From the IMG/VR virus record IMGVR_UViG_2561511241_000004, positions 1-40,856 of that record: a DNA stretch of 40,856 nucleotides. One strand, written 5' to 3'. The notes beneath the pieces are model-generated. The model made no database searches. It saw nothing but the letters and a program-made list of their open reading frames with translations, and was not told the DNA's origin. Positions 36,262 to 40,856 of this stretch are shown here, one piece after another (within the stretch, counting starts at the first letter, position 1; each line of letters opens with the position of its first letter). A program made the position numbers and the translations under genes. The stretch is from a virus. Taxonomy: Duplodnaviria; Heunggongvirae; Uroviricota; Caudoviricetes.

Positions 36262-39009
36262 ATGGCAGTAAAAATTTCAGGTGTACTGAAAGACGGCACA
36301 GGAAAACCGGTACAGAACTGCACAATCCAGCTGAAAGCAAAACGTAACAGTACCACGGTGGTGGTGAACACGCTGGCATCTGAAAATCCGGATGAAGCCG
36401 GGCGTTACAGCATGGACGTTGAGTACGGTCAGTACAGCGTTATTTTGTTGGTGGAGGGATTCCCGCCGTCACATGCCGGGACCATCACCGTGTATGAAGA
36501 TTCTCAACCCGGTACGCTGAATGATTTTCTCGGTGCCATGACGGAGGATGATGCCCGTCCGGAGGCACTGCGCCGCTTTGAACTGATGGTGGAAGAGGTG
36601 GCGCGTAACGCGTCCGCAGTGGCGCAGAACACAGCAGCCGCGAAGAAGTCAGCCAGCGATGCCAGCACATCAGCCCGTGAGGCGGCAACCCATGCGACTG
36701 ATGCTGCAGGCTCAGCACGTGCAGCCAGCACATCAGCCGGGCAGGCCGCGACGTCGGCTCAGTCAGCGTCTTCCAGCGCAGGAACGGCATCAACAAAGGC
36801 TACTGAAGCATCAAAAAGTGCTGCCGCTGCAGAGTCCTCAAAAAGCGCGGCAGCTACCAGTGCCAGTGCCGCGAAAACGTCAGAAACGAATGCGGCAGCG
36901 TCACAAAAATCTGCAGCCACTTCTGCATCCACCGCGACCACGAAAGCGTCAGAAGCTGCCACCTCAGCCCGGGATGCGGCGGCCTCAAAAGAGGCAGCGA
37001 AATCATCAGAAACGAGCGCAGCCTCGAGCGCCAGCAGCGCAGCTTCCTCGGCAACGGCGGCAGGAAATTCCGCGAAGGCGGCAAAGACGTCCGAGACGAA
37101 CGCCAGGTCTTCTGAAACGGCAGCGGGACAGAGTGCCTCAGCTGCGGCAGGCTCAAAAACAGCGGCTGCATCATCTGCCAGTGCCGCGTCAACAAGTGCC
37201 GGGCAGGCCTCAGCCAGTGCCACCGCTGCCGGAAAGTCGGCAGAAAGTGCCGCATCGTCTGCTTCAACAGCCACAACGAAGGCTGGCGAAGCCACTGAAC
37301 AGGCCAGCGCAGCAGCGAGGTCAGCTTCCGCAGCGAAGACATCCGAAACGAACGCGAAAGCGTCGGAAACCCGTGCAGAATCCTCAAAAACGGCTGCCGC
37401 ATCGTCAGCCAGTTCGGCGGCGTCATCGGCATCATCGGCGTCTGCTTCAAAAGATGAGGCGACCAGACAGGCGTCAGCAGCGAAGGGCAGCGCCACGACA
37501 GCATCCACGAAGGCGACAGAGGCAGCTGGCAGTGCGACGGCGGCAGCACAGAGCAAAAGTACGGCGGAATCCGCGGCAACGCGCGCCGAGACAGCGGCAA
37601 AACGGGCAGAGGATATTGCATCCGCCGTGGCGCTTGAGGATGCGAGCACGACGAAAAAGGGGATAGTACAGCTCAGCAGTGCGACCAACAGCACGTCTGA
37701 AACGCTGGCGGCAACGCCAAAGGCAGTTAAAACTGTTAAAGATAGTTCAGTTCAAAAAACTGGCGACACAATGGGAGGGCAGTTAAAAATCAGCACGATA
37801 AATGCTCTTCGAATATTCAACCAAGCCTTTGGCCTTATTTTTAGGCGTTCCGAAGATCATCTTCATCTTATTCCGACTAATGAAGGGGAGGGGGAAAATG
37901 GAGACATCGGTTCATTAAGACCATTCTCTATAAACTTAAGATCAGGGTTGGTGTCCATCGGTAATGGACTAAAAGTTGGTGGTAGTGTTACTGGTAATTT
38001 GACCGGAAACGCAGATACTGCGACCAAGATCAAGACAGCACGTAAGATTGGGGGCGTGGCATTTGATGGATCGGCAGATATCAACTTGCCTGGAGTCAAC
38101 GCTACCGGTAATCAAAACACTACAGGTAATGCTGCGACCGCCACGAAACTTCAGGCAGCCAGAACGATTAACGGTGTGTCATTTGATGGTAGTGCAAATA
38201 TCACATTGACCCCTTCAAATATTGGGGCATTGGCATTAACTGGAGGGACTCTTTCAGGTGGTTTAACTGCTGCTGGTGAGGTTATTTCAAGGTCAGCAAA
38301 TGGTCTGCGTATTGCCTATGGCAACTATGGATTCTTTATCCGAAATGATGGATTAAACACATATTTTATGTTGACAGATTCGGGTAACAGGCTTGGTACG
38401 TACAATAGCTTAAGGCCGTTTATAATTAGTAACCATACTGGCAATGTTACAATTGCAACTAAATTAAACGCGAGTGGTGGTATCACTGGATCTTTATCGG
38501 GTAATGCAAGCACAGCAACCAAATTGCAAACTGCAAGGACAATTAACGGCGTAAAATTTGACGGCTCGGCAAATATTGAAGCGTTTCCGCCAGGTGTTCC
38601 GCTGCCGTGGCCATCAGATACACCACCTGCAGGTTATGCAATCATGCAGGGGCAGACGTTTGATAAGGCAGCATATCCGAAACTGGCTATTGCCTATCCT
38701 TCAGGTGTTATTCCAGATATGCGCGGCTGGACAATCAAGGGCAAACCCGCCAGTGGTCGGGCCGTATTGTCTCAGGAACAGGACGGCATTAAATCGCACA
38801 CCCACAGCGCCAGCGTATCCAGTACGGATTTGGGGACGAAAACCACATCGTCGTTTGATTACGGCACTAAATCCACGAATAACACTGGTGCGCATACCCA
38901 TAGTGTTAGCGGTACGGCTGCTTCAGCCGGTGCACATACCCATTCGATGACATTTGTTTCAGGTGGTTCCAGTGGTGCTCCGGGAAGTGGATCACCTGAT
39001 TATTACTAA
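36262..39009 (+). CDS. stf: side tail fibre protein (Stf-like) with long Ala/Ser/Thr-rich repeat region; frame breaks about 70 codons before the expected C-terminus
   Basis: Conserved N-terminus [16 protein letters not shown]; low-complexity repeat 36600-37650; GAHTHS repeats near the 3' end; ends ...GSGSPDYY. Confidence 0.8.
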   Translation: MAVKISGVLKDGTGKPVQNCTIQLKAKRNSTTVVVNTLASENPDEAGRYSMDVEYGQYSVILLVEGFPPSHAGTITVYEDSQPGTLNDFLGAMTEDDARPEALRRFELMVEEVARNASAVAQNTAAAKKSASDASTSAREAATHATDAAGSARAASTSAGQAATSAQSASSSAGTASTKATEASKSAAAAESSKSAAATSASAAKTSETNAAASQKSAATSASTATTKASEAATSARDAAASKEAAKSSETSAASSASSAASSATAAGNSAKAAKTSETNARSSETAAGQSASAAAGSKTAAASSASAASTSAGQASASATAAGKSAESAASSASTATTKAGEATEQASAAARSASAAKTSETNAKASETRAESSKTAAASSASSAASSASSASASKDEATRQASAAKGSATTASTKATEAAGSATAAAQSKSTAESAATRAETAAKRAEDIASAVALEDASTTKKGIVQLSSATNSTSETLAATPKAVKTVKDSSVQKTGDTMGGQLKISTINALRIFNQAFGLIFRRSEDHLHLIPTNEGEGENGDIGSLRPFSINLRSGLVSIGNGLKVGGSVTGNLTGNADTATKIKTARKIGGVAFDGSADINLPGVNATGNQNTTGNAATATKLQAARTINGVSFDGSANITLTPSNIGALALTGGTLSGGLTAAGEVISRSANGLRIAYGNYGFFIRNDGLNTYFMLTDSGNRLGTYNSLRPFIISNHTGNVTIATKLNASGGITGSLSGNASTATKLQTARTINGVKFDGSANIEAFPPGVPLPWPSDTPPAGYAIMQGQTFDKAAYPKLAIAYPSGVIPDMRGWTIKGKPASGRAVLSQEQDGIKSHTHSASVSSTDLGTKTTSSFDYGTKSTNNTGAHTHSVSGTAASAGAHTHSMTFVSGGSSGAPGSGSPDYY

Positions 39010-39226
39010 ATACAGTGTTAACACTTCTTCTGCAGGCGCTCATACGCACTCTGTATCGGGTACTGCTGCAAGCGCAGGTGCACACGCACATACTGTCGGT
39101 ATTGGTGCTCATACGCACTCCGTTGCGATTGGTTCACATGGACATACCATCACCGTTAACGCTGCTGGTAACGCGGAAAACACCGTCAAAAACATCGCAT
39201 TTAACTATATTGTGAGGCTTGCGTAA
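38954..39226 (+). CDS. Stf C-terminal segment in an alternate frame (canonical ...[13 protein letters not shown] end)
   Basis: Repeats the [17 protein letters not shown] motif and ends exactly where tfa starts. Confidence 0.5.
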   Translation: MFQVVPVVLREVDHLIITKYSVNTSSAGAHTHSVSGTAASAGAHAHTVGIGAHTHSVAIGSHGHTITVNAAGNAENTVKNIAFNYIVRLA

Positions 39227-39810
39227 TGGCATTCAGAATGAGTGAACAACCACGGACCATAAAAATTTATAATCTGCTGGCCGGAACTAATGAATTTATT
39301 GGTGAAGGTGACGCATATATTCCGCCTCATACAGGTCTGCCAGCAAACAGTACCGATATTGCACCACCAGATATTCCTGCTGGCTTTGTGGCTGTTTTCA
39401 ACAGTGATGAGGCATCGTGGCATCTCGTTGAAGACCATCGGGGTAAAACGGTTTATGACGTAGCGTCAGGGGACGAGTTATTTATTTCTGAACTCGGTCC
39501 GTTACCGGAAAATGTTACCTGGTTATCGCCGGAAGGGGAGTTTCAGAAGTGGAACGGCACAGCCTGGGTGAAGGATACGGAAGCAGAAAAACTGTTCCGG
39601 ATCCGGGAGGCGGAAGAAACAAAAAACAACCTGATGCAGGTAGCCAGTGAGCATATTGCGCCGCTTCAGGATGCTGCAGATCTGGAAATTGCAACGGAGG
39701 AAGAAACCTCATTGCTGGAAGCCTGGAAAAAGTATCGGGTGTTGCTGAACCGTGTTGATACATCAACTGCACCTGATATTGAGTGGCCTACGAACCCTGT
39801 CAGGGAGTAA
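39226..39810 (+). CDS. tfa: tail fibre assembly protein (Tfa)
   Basis: 194 aa, [18 protein letters not shown]... Tfa family; immediately follows stf. Confidence 0.85.
   Translation: MAFRMSEQPRTIKIYNLLAGTNEFIGEGDAYIPPHTGLPANSTDIAPPDIPAGFVAVFNSDEASWHLVEDHRGKTVYDVASGDELFISELGPLPENVTWLSPEGEFQKWNGTAWVKDTEAEKLFRIREAEETKNNLMQVASEHIAPLQDAADLEIATEEETSLLEAWKKYRVLLNRVDTSTAPDIEWPTNPVRE
39656..39810 (+). repeat. direct repeat copy 1 (tfa 3' region, about 85% identical to 40697..40856)
   Basis: Aligned by eye: gcgcc(g/a)ct(t/g)caggatgctg(c/t)agatctggaaat(t/c)gcaacggaggaagaaa... Confidence 0.6.
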
Positions 39811-39864
39811 TCATTGGGATTATGCCGCAGCACGTCTTAAGCAAGAACGTGCTGCGGTTGGATG

Positions 39865-40521
39865 CTATTTTTTCCCTGAAGCGGAAAACATTACTACAGT
39901 ACCTTGAACCTTGGTTTTAACATTCTCGAAATGCTCTGAGAGTATATGTGTTAAGCCTTCTTCGGAATCTTTTGTGTTTGAAAAGATGCCTTTCTGATTG
40001 TAAATGCGCATCAGTTTTTGACCGAAGCTATTGTGCACAACTCCATCGCCAAGAATTGTGGCTCCGTATAGAGTTCCATCGTCAGTTAAGGCCTGCGCCG
40101 CATTGCGTATTACACAGCTTTTTGTAGATATATTTCCAGGCAGGCAGTGAAGAAGGTAAAACATGGAAATGGAATCAAATTGACCATGTAACGCCGCGGG
40201 ATAAGGTTCAAAAACATCATGGCTAATTTTATGTTTAATTTTTGATTCCCCAGCCCTTGTCGATGCCGCGTTCAGGCTAGCTTCGTTCAAATCCATTAAA
40301 GATATCAGACTACTCTCAGGTACGTGAGTAAGGTAAAACCCAGTTCCAACACCAATATCCAGATGGTTGTTACCTACATGTTCCAGAAAGTGTGGAAGAA
40401 GGTGTTCCTTTGTAGGACATCCCCATGCAAGCCGATTTGATACTCCCAAAACCCACCAGTCATAAAGCTTTAGGGTAAGTGGTGTGTAAATTTTAGCCCC
40501 ATCATCTGTGTTTTTTTTCAT
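39865..40521 (-). CDS. class I SAM-dependent methyltransferase (no DPPY/NPPY motif, so probably not a DNA amino-methyltransferase)
   Basis: SAM-binding motif LDIGVGTGFY; GGTGA RBS before the ATG at 40521; AT-rich, opposite strand to the tail fibre genes. Confidence 0.65.
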   Translation of the reverse strand: MKKNTDDGAKIYTPLTLKLYDWWVLGVSNRLAWGCPTKEHLLPHFLEHVGNNHLDIGVGTGFYLTHVPESSLISLMDLNEASLNAASTRAGESKIKHKISHDVFEPYPAALHGQFDSISMFYLLHCLPGNISTKSCVIRNAAQALTDDGTLYGATILGDGVVHNSFGQKLMRIYNQKGIFSNTKDSEEGLTHILSEHFENVKTKVQGTVVMFSASGKK

Positions 40522-40589
40522 TGATTTCACCATGTTATAGTTTTATTTGTGAATTAAATCAATTATGGCGATGAATTACAAGGGGTTAA

Positions 40590-40856
40590 ATGCTGCCGCA
40601 GCATAGCGATATTGAAATAGCCTGGTATGCTTCGATACAGCAGGAGCCGAATGGCTGGAAGACCGTCACCACACAGTTCTACATCCAGGAATTCAGTGAG
40701 TATATTGCGCCACTGCAGGATGCTGTAGATCTGGAAATCGCAACGGAGGAAGAAAGATCGTTGCTGGAGGCATGGAATAAATATCGGGTATTGTTGAATC
40801 GTGTTGATACATCAACTGCACCTGATATTGAGTGGCCGACTTCACCTGCAGAGTAA
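40590..40856 (+). CDS. tail fibre assembly-like protein (conserved Tfa C-terminal domain, divergent short N-terminus)
   Basis: AAGGGG RBS; C-terminal 50 aa almost identical to Tfa; the window ends at its stop codon. Confidence 0.6.
   Translation: MLPQHSDIEIAWYASIQQEPNGWKTVTTQFYIQEFSEYIAPLQDAVDLEIATEEERSLLEAWNKYRVLLNRVDTSTAPDIEWPTSPAE
40697..40856 (+). repeat. direct repeat copy 2 (tfa 3' region)
   Basis: See copy 1. Confidence 0.6.

Noticed and set aside
36659-37694. Long ORFs in other frames and on the minus strand across the stf repeat region (335, 311 and 255 aa)
   Set aside because: Products of the low-complexity Ala/Ser/Thr repeat DNA of stf; translations are poly-Arg/Pro/Gln or poly-Ala strings with no start context.

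Overview
The window is almost entirely one mosaic lambdoid prophage in an Escherichia/enterobacterial background, cut at both ends (no att pair can be identified). Left to right: a convergent membrane-protein gene; integrase and excisionase (minus strand); a frame-split exonuclease; a Qin-like early-left operon on the minus strand (ydfC, DicF sRNA, dicB, ydfD) with an AT-rich insertion; an immunity region with a repressor flanked by TTACC-N4-GGTAA operators and a divergent Cro/YdaS-like plus YdaT-like pair; a replication initiator with iterons inside its own coding sequence; an accessory block (two very acidic small proteins, hokD-like toxin, lipoprotein); DUF968, RusA and a Q-like gene; four tandem tRNA-like genes and a tR'-like terminator; a lysis cassette; an HK97-type head module (HNH, terminase small and large, portal, protease, major capsid); a lambda-type tail module (major tail, G/G-T chaperone, tape measure, M, L, K, I, J); lom; side tail fibre and assembly genes; and a minus-strand methyltransferase flanked by duplicated tfa 3' ends. 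No complete multi-gene defence system, CRISPR array, IS element or Shiga toxin cargo was found. The most notable observations are candidate anti-defence or accessory cargo and several frame disruptions in essential genes (exonuclease, terminase small subunit, tape measure, tail fibre, one tRNA). All protein identities rest on by-eye motif and synteny recognition; no database search was run.
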